Position numbers and translations under genes: made by a program. This document shows, piece after piece, positions 38,761 to 52,498 of a stretch of 64,000 nt of DNA. Source of the stretch: Octopus sinensis (Eukaryota); the NCBI RefSeq assembly GCF_006345805.1, contig NC_042998.1, positions 207,824,001-207,888,000 on the forward strand, read 5' to 3'. The notes under the pieces were generated by a model that saw only the letters and a program-made list of their open reading frames with translations, was not told where the DNA came from and ran no database searches. Numbering within the stretch: the stretch's first letter is position 1; every line of letters starts with the position of its first letter.

Positions 38761-39223
38761 TTGTCCTTCTCTCTTCAAATTTTCTTCTGTTTCTCGCCGA
38801 GTGTTTTCCGTACCCCTAGGGCAGAGAAGCTCATTGTATGCATTCCCAGATTACACACGCAAATTCACAGGTAAAATATGTATTTAAAAAATTAATGAAT
38901 AAATAAATTCATTAATGGATTTTGTTTTCGCAGCGATAATGCTCTTCTCAGTACATGAGTTGTTCCAGTTAACACTATTTTTTGCTCTTCCTGTAGTGAT
39001 GGTAAGCCTGGTATCATTTTCAAATAGGTTTCAATACCTTTCTTTTTATCATTCCTAGAGATCCTACAATCACTGGTACTGTAGTCGCCTTGAGATGCCA
39101 CATTTTTTCAATTTCTATTAGCAAATCTTTATATTTACTGATCTTGTCAAATTCTTTCGCCGTTATATTGTGATCGCAAGGAATACTCATGTCAAAGGAA
39201 TACTCATGTTATTATTATTATTA

Positions 39224-39270
<47 letters not shown>

Positions 39271-39295
39271 GTTATTATTATTATTATTATTGTTA

Positions 39296-39343
<48 letters not shown>

Positions 39344-39612
39344 TTATTATTATTATTAGGAAACATCTCAGTTTATTTTGCTGGGTATGATGGAGAGTGT
39401 CCGCCGTCCACAGGCAGAGAACTAAAGTGACATTTGTTGTCTGACCATGCTTCAAGAAGTCTGCGGAGAACTCTTGCAGTTCCAAGCAAAGACGAATTTT
39501 GTAGGGGGCCCTATTTACATTTGTTCCAGTTTTTTGAAGCCATGTTTGTAGTTGGGTCCTGATACTTCCAAGTGCATCAATTACTATTGGTACCAGGTCC
39601 ACTTTCTTCATT
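37835..39612 (-). mobile_element. Head-to-tail chain of R4/Dong-like LINE 3' fragments separated mostly by (TAA)n
   Basis: RLE C-termini at 37960-38290 (IDMSIP..KYKDLLIEIEKMWHLK..IPVIVGALG), 38340-38710, 38762-39200 and 39360-39612; arrays at 38291-38335, 38718-38760 and 39207-39357. Confidence 0.88.
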
Positions 39613-40017
39613 GCCCATAAACTGCATTGTTCCCCATTTCAATTCATCATGGCTTTTGTAGCTGATGGGCCCCGGACAAAACACAAATGTAATTTAAACT
39701 GCTTTGAACAAAATGTAAACCATCGGAGATGACCTAGGGCTATACATCATAACAAGATAGCAGCAGCAGCAGCAGCAGCTGCAGTAGCAACTACGACGAC
39801 AACAAAAACACAAGGAACAACAGCAACAACAATATTGTTTTTGCTGCAAAGATTTCATGCATTTGTGTACGAGTTTAGAATGTTAATAATGACAGCATAA
39901 AGTCTGCCATTTTGAATAATAGCTTTGAAAAAATCTATAAAGTGAACGATGCTAAACCAGAATCTCATAAACGACCTCTAGGTATATACACATTGTGTAT
40001 ACAGACTTATACGCACA

Positions 40018-40076
<59 letters not shown>

Positions 40077-40438
40077 GCACTGAATGTAAGCACACACTCA
40101 TAAATATATGGATCTATATACCTGCATATACATTTACATATGATATGCACACACAGATGAACATGAATAAATTGGTATATATATGCATGTACATATGGAT
40201 ACACACACACACACATATACAAATATATATACATATAGTAGACATGCGTATATACATACTGTTGTATATATACATTCATACACACATACATGCATATATA
40301 TATATATATATATATACATGCATACATATATATATATCTATATATACATACATATATATGCGTACAACACGATACATATACACACATGCACACATATATA
40401 TCTATATATATTTGTATATACATGTGTGCATATATACA

Positions 40439-40500
<62 letters not shown>

Positions 40501-40924
40501 AATGTATGCAGTGGTATATATACATGCATATATATATACACGCATACACGCAGATATATACACATAGTCGTACACACACACATACATGCATGCATACAAT
40601 CATACATACATACACACAGTCGTTCACACACACACAGGTACACACATATACATATATACATACATGCATACACAGACGCACATACATACGTGATAAACAC
40701 GCGACTTCCACCAAAAGAGTTTTCCAAGAAAATTTAAGAAATCAGGAAATATTTTCAAGTGTTTCTTGAATACAACAAGAGACCTCTTCCCATTAAAAGC
40801 CACAGCATTCGTGTTTTCAATCAGAAACAACACAGCTCATCGTCAGGAGGGTTGTAAAAACAAATTTCTTGAAAATTTTAACTGTCTTTTCATTATTTAT
40901 ATATTCATTTAGTTATTTATTTAC

Positions 40925-41028
40925 TTTATTATTATTATTATTATTATTATTATATTATTATTATATTATTATTGTTGTTGTTGTTGTTATTATTATTATC
41001 ATCATTATTATTATTATTATTATTGTTG

Positions 41029-41063
<35 letters not shown>

Positions 41064-41091
41064 GTTGTTGTTGTTGTTATTATTATTATCG

Positions 41092-41126
<35 letters not shown>

Positions 41127-41733
41127 GTTATTATTGTTATTATTATTATTATCATCATTATTATTATTATTATTATTATCATCATCATCATCGTCATTAT
41201 TATTATTCATGGTTTCCAGCATCACGTCTAGAGTTTACGTATTATTGCTATTTCAACAGCCTTATGCTTATTGCGTGTTGTTGTTGTTGCTGTTTCTGCT
41301 GTTGTTGTTCTTTTCCTTACTATTACTATTATTGTTGTTGTTGTTATTGTTATCATCATCATCATTATTATTATTAATATTATTATTATTATTATTATTA
41401 TTATATTATTATATTATTATCATTATCATCATTATTATTATTATCATTATTATTATTATTGTTGTTATTATTATCATTATCATCATTATTATCATTATTA
41501 TTATTATTGTTGTTATTATTATTAATATTATTATTATTAATTATTATTATTATTATTATTATTATTGTTGTTGTTGTTGTTGTTATTATTATTGTTGTTG
41601 TTGTTGTTATTATTGTTGTTGTTGTTATTATTGTTGTTGTTATTATTGTTATTGTTGTTATTATTATTGTTGCTGTGTTGTTGTTGCTGTTGTTGTTGTT
41701 GCTGTTGTTGTTCTTGTTCTTTTCCTTATCATC

Positions 41734-41816
<83 letters not shown>

Positions 41817-41825
41817 CATCATCAA
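40925..41825. repeat. Long (TTA/TTG/TCA)n trinucleotide tract
   Basis: Direct inspection. Confidence 0.97.
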
Positions 41826-42187
41826 TAATTTGATGCTTACACTAAAACTTTGTCTTCAGTTGCTTCTCTCGTCCAATAAAAGATAAACGAACTGAATGAT
41901 TCCCTAGTTTATGCTTGGCTTAATTCACGTAAATAAATACCCAAACACACACAGACATGCGCACTGTTTACACGCATATGTACATACATTTCCTTAAGCA
42001 GTTAATGCAGTCAATGCGTGTGTGTGTAGAAGCACGACATATCCCATATAACAGGCGTACACGTACGAAACTAAACACGAGCAGAAGCATTTAAGGGCGA
42101 ATATCACATAGTTTGAGATTTGTAGTTCCATAAAATATAACGTAATACCTAATAAAACTTATTCCTGTTATAAAAGCAATGGCACCA

Positions 42188-42211
42188 ATAATAATAATAA
42201 TAATCATAATA

Positions 42212-42242
<31 letters not shown>

Positions 42243-42277
42243 TGATAATAATAATAATGATAATGATAATAATAATG

Positions 42278-42320
<43 letters not shown>

Positions 42321-42429
42321 TAATAATAATAATAATAATAAGGATATAATAATAATAATGATGATAATAATAATAATAATAATAATAATGATAATAATAA
42401 GGATAATAATAATAATAATAATAATAATG

Positions 42430-42482
<53 letters not shown>

Positions 42483-42500
42483 GATGATGATAATAATGAA

Positions 42501-42537
<37 letters not shown>

Positions 42538-42570
42538 TTAATAATAATAATAATAATAATAATAATGAAA
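42188..42570. repeat. (TAA/TGA)n tract
   Basis: Direct inspection. Confidence 0.97.
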
Positions 42571-42985
42571 ATAATACTCTCTTTACTCTTTTACTTGTTT
42601 CAGTCATTTGACTGCGGCCATGCTGGAGCACCGCCTTTAGTCGAGCAAATCGACCCTGGGACTTATTCTTTTGTAAGCCCAGTACTTATTCTATCGGTCT
42701 CTTTTTGCCGAACCGCTAAGTGACGGGGACGTAAACACACCAGCATCGGTTGTCAAGCAATGCTAGTGGGACAAACACAGACACACAAACACACATACAT
42801 ATATATATATATACATATATACGACAGGCTTCTTTCAGTTTCCGTCTACCAAATCCACTCACAAGGCTTTGGTCGGCCCGAGGCTATAGTAGAAGACACT
42901 TGCCCAAGATGTCACGCAGTGGGACTGAACCCGGAACCATGTGGTTGGTTAGCAAGCTACTTACCACACAGCCACTCCTGCGCCT
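42571..42985 (-). mobile_element. SINE family 3, well-preserved copy
   Basis: Complete structure on the minus strand. Confidence 0.92.
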
Positions 42986-43372
42986 AATACTTATAATAAT
43001 AATGCGCCTAATACTTATAATAATAATACTAATACTTATAATAATAATGATAATGATAATAATAATAATAGTGATAGCAACAACAACAACAGCAGCAGCA
43101 ACAGCAACAACAATAATAATAGTAATAATAACAACCCATTCGACTAAGGGCACAAGGCCTGAAATGTAGGGGGAGGGAACTAGTCGACTACGTCGACCCC
43201 AGTGTCTCACTGGTACTCAGTTTATCGACCTCGAAAGGATCAAAGACAAAGTCGACCTCGATAGAATAACAACAACAACAATACTACTACTACTACAACA
43301 ACAACAACAACTACTACTACTACTACTACTACTACTAATAATAATAATAATAAACCAACAGCTTAAAAGACG

Positions 43373-44155
43373 AGGAAGCATCATGGTGGTGGTTCAACAA
43401 GGGTGACCTAAAAAAGAATACTGAAAGCCTAATGATCGCTGCCCAGGACCAGGCATTAAATACGAACTCGGTGAAAAAGAATAGATACCATATAAGTGCA
43501 ACGAATCTCTGCAGAATGTGTGTGGGAAGAGGGTCGAAAGCTTAACTTATATTGTTTGTGCATGTGAACGTCTTGCGCAGAAAGCGTACAAGCGTAGACA
43601 CGACAAGGTAGTCCAAAAGCTCCACTGGCTACTATGCCGTAAGTAGGGATATGAGGTTACAGGTGCTTCGTATCAACATACACCGGAAAAAGGTACACGA
43701 TGAAAAGGGGAAGGCAAAAAACCTCTGGGACTGTGATTTCCAGACAGACAAGGTGTTAGAGCACCGAAGGGCGGATATAGTAATCTTTGGGACTGACAAA
43801 CAAAAGTGTTTAATAATCAACGTAGCAGTGCCAGGAGATCAACATATGAAAGAAAGAGAAAAAGTTGATAAATATGGAAACCTGAGAATTGAGATCGCTA
43901 AGGATGTGGCAGCTACGAGAGTCGAACATAAAGTTTATCCCTATTGTCTTCGGAGCATTGGGTTCAATACCACCCAATCTGAGAAATTATCTGAAAAGCT
44001 CAGAAATATCCTACAATCTAGGTGTATTGCAAAAGTCGGCATTACTCGGAACTGCACGCATATTGCGTAAAATACTGTCTGTCTGAGGTCCTTGTTGTGA
44101 CTTGACAGACAGCACAAACCACAGGTAGGTACAATATCTTCAATTAACCACCTCA
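43373..44155 (+). pseudogene. R4/Dong-like LINE 3' region
   Basis: GDLKKNTESLMIAAQDQAL...CRMC...RRHDKV..LHW...WDCDFQTDKVLEHRRADIV...INVAVPGD...PIVFGALG...LQKSALLGTARILRK. Confidence 0.88.
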
Positions 44156-44181
44156 CGATATTGTATACTGTGTGACGTCTA

Positions 44182-44267
<86 letters not shown>

Positions 44268-44270
<3 letters not shown>

Positions 44271-44429
44271 GCCCTGGTGCAGCACCAGGCAGTGGCTCTC
44301 GTGGCTTCTGATTTTAACTGATTGGAAGTGTTATCATGTACATTATTTTGTCTTGATATAAAAGATGGGTGTAGTGGGCTTCGTATATTTGTACCCCAGT
44401 GTCACTTTGATGACATGCACTGCTCTCTC

Positions 44430-44430
<1 letters not shown>
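44268..44430. mobile_element. Internally deleted inverted copy of the 19861-20342 element, within (TAA)n
   Basis: Right end matches the reverse complement of 19863-19925; left part matches the other end of the element. Confidence 0.75.
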
Positions 44431-44483
<53 letters not shown>

Positions 44484-44909
44484 CATAATAATAATAAGAA
44501 GAAGAAGAAGGAAGAAGAAGAATCTATAGACCTGTGGAATATGGTCTAATTCATGAAGCTGGTTTTCTTTCTCCTGCTATCTCCTGCAACCCACACATAT
44601 TTATGATTATCTCAAGTTGAAACCAAAAGTCAAAGCTAAACGACATTTAACAACGCCACACAGCAGTAGGAGCAATGATAACATCTCAAGACGGTTACAA
44701 TACAAATAATGGTAGGAACACCTGAAATGATCAGGAAAGGAACTGAAAATTATTTGAGATTGGTCCCTGGGTTACCATTCATGTAGGAAGCGCAAAAGAT
44801 TCTATTAACGTCACACGTATTGAAATGAGAACAGTTTCACGGGGAATTTTCTTTACTTTTTGGCCTTTCATTTTATCCATTTAATTTTCCCACTTTTTTT
44901 CTATCACTC

Positions 44910-45338
44910 TTTACTCTCCTTTTACTCTCCTTTTACTTGTTGCAGTCAATTGACTGCGGCCATGCTGGAGCACCACCTTTAGTCGAGAAAATCGACCTCA
45001 GGACTTATTCTTTGTAAGCCTAGTACTTAACTTATTCTACTTATTCTATCGGTCTCTTTTGCCAAACCGCTAGGTTACGGGGACGTAAACACGCTACCAT
45101 CGGTTGTCAAACGATGTTGGGGTGGGGCGGGGGTGGGGCAAAGACAGACACAAAAACACACACACATATACATATAATATATACGACGGGCTTCTTTCAG
45201 TTTCCTTCTACCAAATCCACTCACAGGGCTTTGGTCGACCCGAGGCTATAGTAGTAGAAACTTGCCCAAAGTGCCACGCAGTGGGACTGAACCCGGAACC
45301 ATGTGATTGGTAAGCAAGCTACTTACCACACAGCCACT
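44910..45338 (-). mobile_element. SINE family 3
   Basis: Complete structure on the minus strand. Confidence 0.88.
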
Positions 45339-46149
45339 TACATGACTATGTAAATGAACAATCTGTGTGATTATTGTAATGGTTTACAAATGTATACAGT
45401 GAGTGTCTCTGACCTAGATGTCAGGAAGGCACTCGGCAAGAAAAGGAAACAGAATTGAAAGAAGATGATAATGAAAGTCATAACAACAACAACAACAACA
45501 ACAACAATGATAATAATAATTAACGGAACCCATAACAAAACCAAGCAAAAGAACGGCGCATTGATAGATACTATAAATACTTTAAATATTATAAAATAGT
45601 TGATTTAGGATTTACGCACACACACACAAACACACACACACACACACACACACCACACACACACACACACACACACTACTATGCAACACTCTTCCAAAAT
45701 CATACAAGAATAAACTCATACCGTAAATACCCAATAAAACCCACATGTGCCAAAGAAGGCCAATACTCGACAGAAGAACATAACCTGCGCTATACAAACA
45801 ACAGACAATGTAAAAACTAATACAACCGAAGACTCAAACAAAACCCCACAACAAAAAAGAAAATTCAGCCCGCACCGGTGCAAAGGTGCAACAAATGATG
45901 CAATAGAAAGTTGCTCGAAACTTTCAAATGTTAACAACAAACAATATGAGAACAAATATCCGCCAAATGTAAATAATGTAAATAAGGTTCCTCATCTCTT
46001 AAATACGTATAGAACTGTATTAAGGAAAATAGTTGTTAGTATGAAGCGAGGAACCTGGGGCAGTTAACCACTTCATTTACTTCATCGCTAAATCTGAACG
46101 CATTCAAATGTGCAATCAACAGCTGTATCTAATCGAACTATATCTTTTT

Positions 46150-46366
46150 ATGTTTTACTTGTTTCAGTCAATTGACTGCGACCATGCTGGGGCACCGCCT
46201 TGAAGGGTTTCAGTCGAAAAAATCGACTTGTTATTTTTTGAAGCCTCTTTTGCTAAACTGCTAAGTAACAGGGACGTAAACACACCCTCACTGGTTGCCA
46301 AGCGGTGGTGGGGTACAAACGCAGACACAGAGACACAGACATACACACACATACACGCACACGCAT

Positions 46367-46405
<39 letters not shown>

Positions 46406-46589
46406 CACATAGAAATACACACACACACATATATAATTATACAAAAGGCTTCCTTCAGTTTCCGTCTACCAAATCCACTCACAAGGCTTGGCCGGTCCGA
46501 GGCTATAGTAGGCCACGCAGTGGGACTGAACCCTGAAGCTGTGGTTGAGAAGCAAGCTTCTTACCACACAGCCACGCCTGTGCCCCACC

Positions 46590-46627
<38 letters not shown>

Positions 46628-46643
46628 TATATTGCGCACACAC

Positions 46644-46685
<42 letters not shown>

Positions 46686-46985
46686 TCAGGAACAAAGAGA
46701 GAGATTTTTGTCCACTGAATCCACTCACAAGTCTTTGGTTGGCCAGAGGTTATAGTAAAAGACACGTGTATATATATATATGTGTGTGTGTATATGTGTG
46801 TGTGTGTATGTGTGTGGTGTGTGTGTGTGTGTCTGCGTTTGTACCCCACCACCGCTTGGCAACCAGTGATGGTGTGTTTACGTCCCGTTTACTTAGCAGT
46901 TTAGCCAAAGTGCCATGCAGCGGGACTGAACCCGGAACCATGTGGTTGGGAACCAAGCGTTTTACCACGCAGCCACTCCTGCGCC
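46150..46985 (-). mobile_element. Two SINE family 3 copies; the second carries an inverted insert
   Basis: Copies at 46150-46585 and 46715-46985; segment 46829-46905 is in plus orientation. Confidence 0.8.
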
Positions 46986-47740
46986 TATATTACTTCGTAG
47001 TGTATCGTTACCAGAGCTGTTTGGCTGTTCCCTGTTGACCGTTGCAACGTGGGCAGGCCTTGTGTTGTTACATAATAAAATCGATGTTGGCCAACTGTTT
47101 TTACATCTAACGTTTATATTTGAGAAGCGAATACATAAATTATGTCAGATTTTAAAATATCATTTTTCTGTCATTCCGGCGCATGGAAGTGATTCATTTC
47201 CGCTCGTTAGACATCGATGATAGATGATAAAGGGACCACTGTGAAATATCCTGAACATTTTAGACAAGTAATCAAGACAGATACAAAAAGATGTGGCCAT
47301 CTCTTGGAAAGTTTTGTCTTGCATTTTTTTTTTACCATTATTGTTGTTTAAAAAGATGTGTTTTATATTGTGTTGCACTACAGATATTGTTGGCGATGTT
47401 TATTGGTCCCAGGGCAATTAAAATTGAGTAGATCTATGATCAGACATCCCACCCGTTATTATCTAGTCTCTTTAAAAGAGAAAAAGAATTTTTTAGCAGT
47501 AAATTATTATCTAATTCGCTCGTTCTGTTTTTTTAAAGCGGTAGGCTGTGATTTCAGAAGGAATCGGTTGGTATTTCTACCTCGTCACCTGACCAGTTGA
47601 GGTTCTTACTTTAGTTTTGCTTGGCACCCTTTTTGGTAACTATTTGATTGTTTCGTAGAAGTGGTAGAATTCCAGGAAATCTTAGTGGAATTCATTAGAA
47701 CTTTCACTCATATGCTAGAAACTTCTCTACAAATAGAACT

Positions 47741-48397
47741 GACGACTAAAAGGCGACTAAAAAAAGGTTGAAGTAGGATTTGCACTCTGACCTCACAAAA
47801 ACCCTCACCAGCCACGACTACCCAAGCGAATCCATGGGCTGGAGCATTGTTACTTGAGAGGGGCAGGGTTGTCAACCGCCAAGAGTAGAAGGGAGACACC
47901 AGATCGATGCAGCAACACGATATTAAAGCCCATGCTCTCATACAACCACCACCATCACCACCACCACCACCACTACCGTCACCACACCACCACCACACCA
48001 CAATCATCGTCACCACCACCACCACCACCGTCACCACCACCACCACTACCGTCACCACCACCACCACCACCACCGCCACCACCACCACTACCACCACCGC
48101 CGCCGCCACCGCCGCCACCACCACCACCACCATCACCACCACCACCACCACCACCACCACTACCACTACAACCACCGCCGCCGCCACCGCTGCCACCACC
48201 ACCACCACCACCATCACTACCATCACCACCTCCACCACCACCACTACCACCACCGCCGCCGCCACCGCCGCCACCACCACCACCACCATCACCACCACCA
48301 CCACCGTCACCACCACCACCACCACCATCACCACCATCACCACCTCCACCACCACCACCACCATCACCACCACCACCATCACCACCACCACCACCGT
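47741..48397 (+). mobile_element. Short retroposon with an expanded (ACC)n tail and 15-bp TSD
   Basis: TCTACAAATAGAACT at 47726-47740 and 48397-48411. Confidence 0.75.
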
Positions 48398-48819
48398 CTA
48401 CAAATAGAACTTCTACAAATAGAACTTCTCTACAAATTCAATGTCATAGAATCATAGAAGAGACTCGTAGGACTCAATACCTCTCCTATGTGTGCATGTA
48501 TGTATTTATGTGTGTACGTACGTATCTACATACGTACGTAAGTCTCTTCTATCTTTAATCGTTTATATACCTCTGACGAAGGAGCTGGTTTCTAACAAAG
48601 GTGTAAAGCTCCACCTGGCCGCAACACAAGCACTGAAGCAAATAAAAGAATAAACGAATCGACTCTCTTCTGTTCCCAAAGAAACTTTAAAATACTTAAA
48701 ATGAATGAAATACCAAAATAATCAATCTGATTTGAAGATCGATATCGATAAAAAGTAATTCAATAAAGTTGCCACATTGGGGACGCAACTGAAAGAACAG
48801 CGGCAGAAGCAGCAATAGC

Positions 48820-49345
48820 GGTAGTAGTAGTAGTGGTAGTAGTAGTAGTAGTAGTAGTAGTTGTAGTTGTAGTAGTGGTAGCAGTAGTGGTGGTAGTAGT
48901 AGCGGTGGTAGTAGTGGTGGTAGTAGTGGTAGTAGTGATGGTAGTAGTAGCAGAGGTAGTAATTGTGGTGGTAGTAGTAGTGGTAGTAGTGGTAGTAGTA
49001 GTAGTGGTAGTAGTGGTAGTAGTAGTAGTGGTAGTAGTAGTGGTAGTAGTATTAGTAGTGGTAGTAGTAGTGGTTGTAGTAGTAGTAGTGGTGGTGGTGG
49101 TAGTGGTGATGTTGTGGAGGCATATAGAGCGACAGTGTGTCATTGCACGCACCATTTGTTGGTGATTCCCTACTTTCGGTGGATGACACCATTTTGCAGC
49201 CATTCAGGTGACACCCACCCCCACACCACCCAACTCATGGATCTGTTTTTGGGCAGTTTTTGCTGGTGAGGGTTTTTTACAAGATCAGAGTGCAAATCCT
49301 ACCTCAACCTCTTTTAGTCTCCTCTCATGACACACAAAGGAAACG
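48820..49345 (-). mobile_element. Related retroposon with (CTA/CCA)n tail, opposite orientation
   Basis: Shares AGGTTGA(A/G)GTAGGATTTGCACTCTGA...AAACCCTCACCAGC with 47741. Confidence 0.7.
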
Positions 49346-49859
49346 TCGGGTCTATTCTTTGACATACTAACCCCTACGCAGCATCAGAGCAATGTGGTGA
49401 AGTGAAGTGTTTTGCTCAAGTACACAACACGCTGCGCAGTCCTGGAATCGAACTTACAATCTGGCGATCATGAATGCAGCATCCAAACCATTAGACCACG
49501 TGCCTTCAGAATTAAAGTAACACTAAATTAAATCGCCGTGTGTGTCTCATACTTAACATATATAAGCCATTGGAAGGCATGATGCTATAACTTTTGTCTG
49601 AGATAAAATCTCTCCCCGAACTTGCGTTAAAAACAAAATAAATGTCGGACCCACGAGAACGAAATACGCTTTTCTACCAACTTGGGACCTTTCAATGACT
49701 TGTACCCGTTTTTCACATGCTTAAACGCTGTTAAGAACCAGTGAGTAATAAGTTCACTGATATTGTGGAAAGCTTGCTGGGCTGTAATAAAAACGGTGCA
49801 GGCAATTGAAACAGCATTAAATTAAAATACCACCTCTGTACCACGCGGCTTACGTTCAA

Positions 49860-50197
49860 TCTTGGGCATCTCTGATTAGGAGAGAGTGAGACACAAAGAA
49901 GTAATAAGAAAAGCAGACATGGGAAGTTTGCAGGTCACGGTGAGTGAGCGGTGGATACGGTTTACTGGCCATGTGCTTTGATTATTGCAGGGGAGACATG
50001 CTACTATCGTGATGGAGTGGATGGCGAAAGCAGGAATGAGACCGAAGGGAAAACCAAGGAAGCCGTGGCGCATTACGTTCCGGAACGACATGACAGCATT
50101 GCGAGTTGGTCCAAATGGAGCCAAGAGGAAGGCAAGTAAGCGGGGCGTTCGAGGAAGGATCGTTATCCGTTGTGCTGGAGGAGCTAAGAGCTAAGAG
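49860..50197 (+). mobile_element. RTE-clade LINE 3' end
   Basis: ERWIRFTGHVL...IVMEW....GMRPKGKPRKPWRITFRND; short TAAGAGC repeat tail. Confidence 0.75.
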
Positions 50198-50218
50198 AGC
50201 ACCACATTTATTGTATAT

Positions 50219-50530
50219 CACGTCACGTCACGTCACGTGACCGACCAGTCCATCAGATGTAGTTACACATCGCTGGTCACAATGCGTTCGCATTGTTTTA
50301 GCCTTCGAATGACGCCACCACGCTGGTTAAGCGAGCAGGCCAACAGAAGAAAGAGTGGGAGAAAGAGTGGTGAAAGAGTACAGCAGGGATCACCACCCCC
50401 TGCCGGAGCCTCGTGGAGCTTTTAGGTGTTTTCGCTCAATAAACACTCACAACGCCCGGTCTGGGAATCGAAACCGCGATCCTACGACCGCGAGTCCGCT
50501 GCTCTAACCACTAGGCCATTGCGCCTCCAC
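50219..50530 (-). mobile_element. SINE family 1 head with alternative short tail, 11-bp TSD
   Basis: TTATTGTATAT at 50208-50218 and 50531-50541; tail shared with 57855-57975 and 59040-59160. Confidence 0.9.
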
Positions 50531-51188
50531 TTATTGTATATACACCATTGAAAGACATGATGCTGTGAAATTATCTGAGAGGAAACTTTTTTATGGACTG
50601 CAATATGAGCCAATGTTTTATTCAGCTTTCTACGTCCCGAAGCACGAATTTTATCTTTGGCGGTAAATGAGTCCAAAACAATCACAAGCTACAAAAAGTG
50701 TGAATCACGTCTGATGTTCGCGAGAGTCAAATCCAGGACGATGTTCCTCTTTGATTTTTATTGCGTTTTTAATACCAAATGTTTAAGAAGAGATTTTATG
50801 CCAAACAACCACCGAGGTACCATTATCTTTCTGCGTTTATTCATTTAGTATGATACACAGATGGCAATTTTATACTAATATGGCTTCATTTGCGTTCACC
50901 AAGTCCTTTTACAGCTCAGCAAACTTTCTGTGGATGATTTGTTCACTGTTTTCTATATGTATAGACGCACAAATTTTGTCTAAGCAAGTGGGAACTGTGT
51001 GCAGGGCACTGACACGGCATTTGACAGCCCCTAGTCGTTGTAGGGCGAAATGCGACTGGCGTTCCTAAGTTACTGCTAGGGCGATGTTCGCTCCACTCTG
51101 ATGTACATTACGTTTCTAACATCAGTCTATGAAGAGATTTTCTCTCAGATAAAATCACACAGCACTATGCCTTTAAACGGTGTATATA

Positions 51189-51754
51189 TTGGGTTGTCCG
51201 GAAAGTTGGTGCCGAGTTTTAAAGAAAAGAAAAAGGTCAATAAATACTTGCCATTATATTTTTAATCAACCAGATACGAACCATTTTGTTGCACAATGCG
51301 TCTCCATCTTCCCTTTAACTTGAAAATACCCTCTTTCCAGAATTGAGGTGGTTTCATGGCAAAGAATTCATCAAGGTATCTTTTTATGTCATCCAAGGAA
51401 TTGAAATTTTTACCATTAAGACTATTCTGCAGAGACCTGAATAAGCGTAAATCCGAAGGAGCAATATCTGGTGAATATGGAGGGTGGGGTAACACATCCC
51501 AGCCGAGCTGCAGCAATTTTTGTCTGGTTCCCAAAGCATCAAATGCCGAAAATGAACTTTCTTATCTTCCATTTTAAAGGGTTACAGAATTAACACAGGT
51601 TATAGGAACATAAACCTTCTTTCCCGAAAAGATTGCTTAAACTATGCTCTAAATGGAGGTGTAGTCAAATCCTATTTTATGGACTCAATCATGTTCTAAG
51701 ATAAGTCGAAAGGTAAGCTACTATAAATCGGCACGAACTTTCCGGACAACCCAA
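51189..51754 (-). mobile_element. Internally deleted mariner element with both TIRs and TA flanks
   Basis: TIR TTGGGTTGTCCGGAAAGTT(G/C)GTGCCGA at both ends; HPPYSPDIAPSD motif; N-terminus MEDKKVHFRHLML. Confidence 0.95.
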
Positions 51755-52498
51755 TAGATTTAGTACGACTATAGTAACATAAACGACAATAAGGTTGTAA
51801 GTTTTATTTAACCGTAAAAATTGATGTTTCGCGGAGACAGGTAATATTACAAACTCCCGTCGTTCATAGCAGGAGCCAAATATTTTTGGCTGGTTATAGA
51901 TCATTGGATGCGTATGTTTCTTCCATTTGCGTTCTTACGGTGAAATATAGACTTTTTTTTAGCATCAAAGTAAAAATTTACTTGATTATGAATGTACAGT
52001 TGGCACTACGATATTTTTATGATTCTACAGAGATCTCCGTACTCACCTTCCGCTTCCTTTAATGTCGGTTTTTGGATTATTCGCAACTAATAGCGAATTC
52101 ACGAGGCTACTTTTGATAATAGCTTCCATGGGAACACGGCCATAAACGGGAACAAACACCAAACGATTGTTAATTCTTGTTGGATTATGGCTTTAGTTAA
52201 AATAATATATTTGAAACATTTCAAAATGAAAGGATGTCGGCATTATCCACTTAACGTTTTACGTGTTTCGTACATCAAATAAACGTTAGAGAGAAGCGTT
52301 GTATAAATTTACTTTCAAATACATCATCTAGACATTCTTATCACACGATGTTTGTATACACAGGTAAAAACGTTCTGTCTCATAAATACAAACTTGTTAC
52401 CAGTTCAAATAAGCTTGAGTCACATTCGAACTCGTAAGAAGGCCATTTACTGTATTTTGTCTACTCGCTGTAGACAAATAGGTGTAAATACAACGCTT

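Noticed and set aside
40972-41886. 304-aa poly-Leu/Ile ORF that looks like a membrane protein
   Set aside because: Pure (TTA/TTG)n tract.
47708-48558. Poly-Pro/poly-Thr ORFs resembling extensin or mucin
   Set aside because: (ACC)n tail of a retroposon enclosed by a TSD.
48572-48615. Hammerhead at CTGACGAAGGAGCT...AGCTCC
   Set aside because: Left half and stem II are present, but GAAA and stem III are missing.
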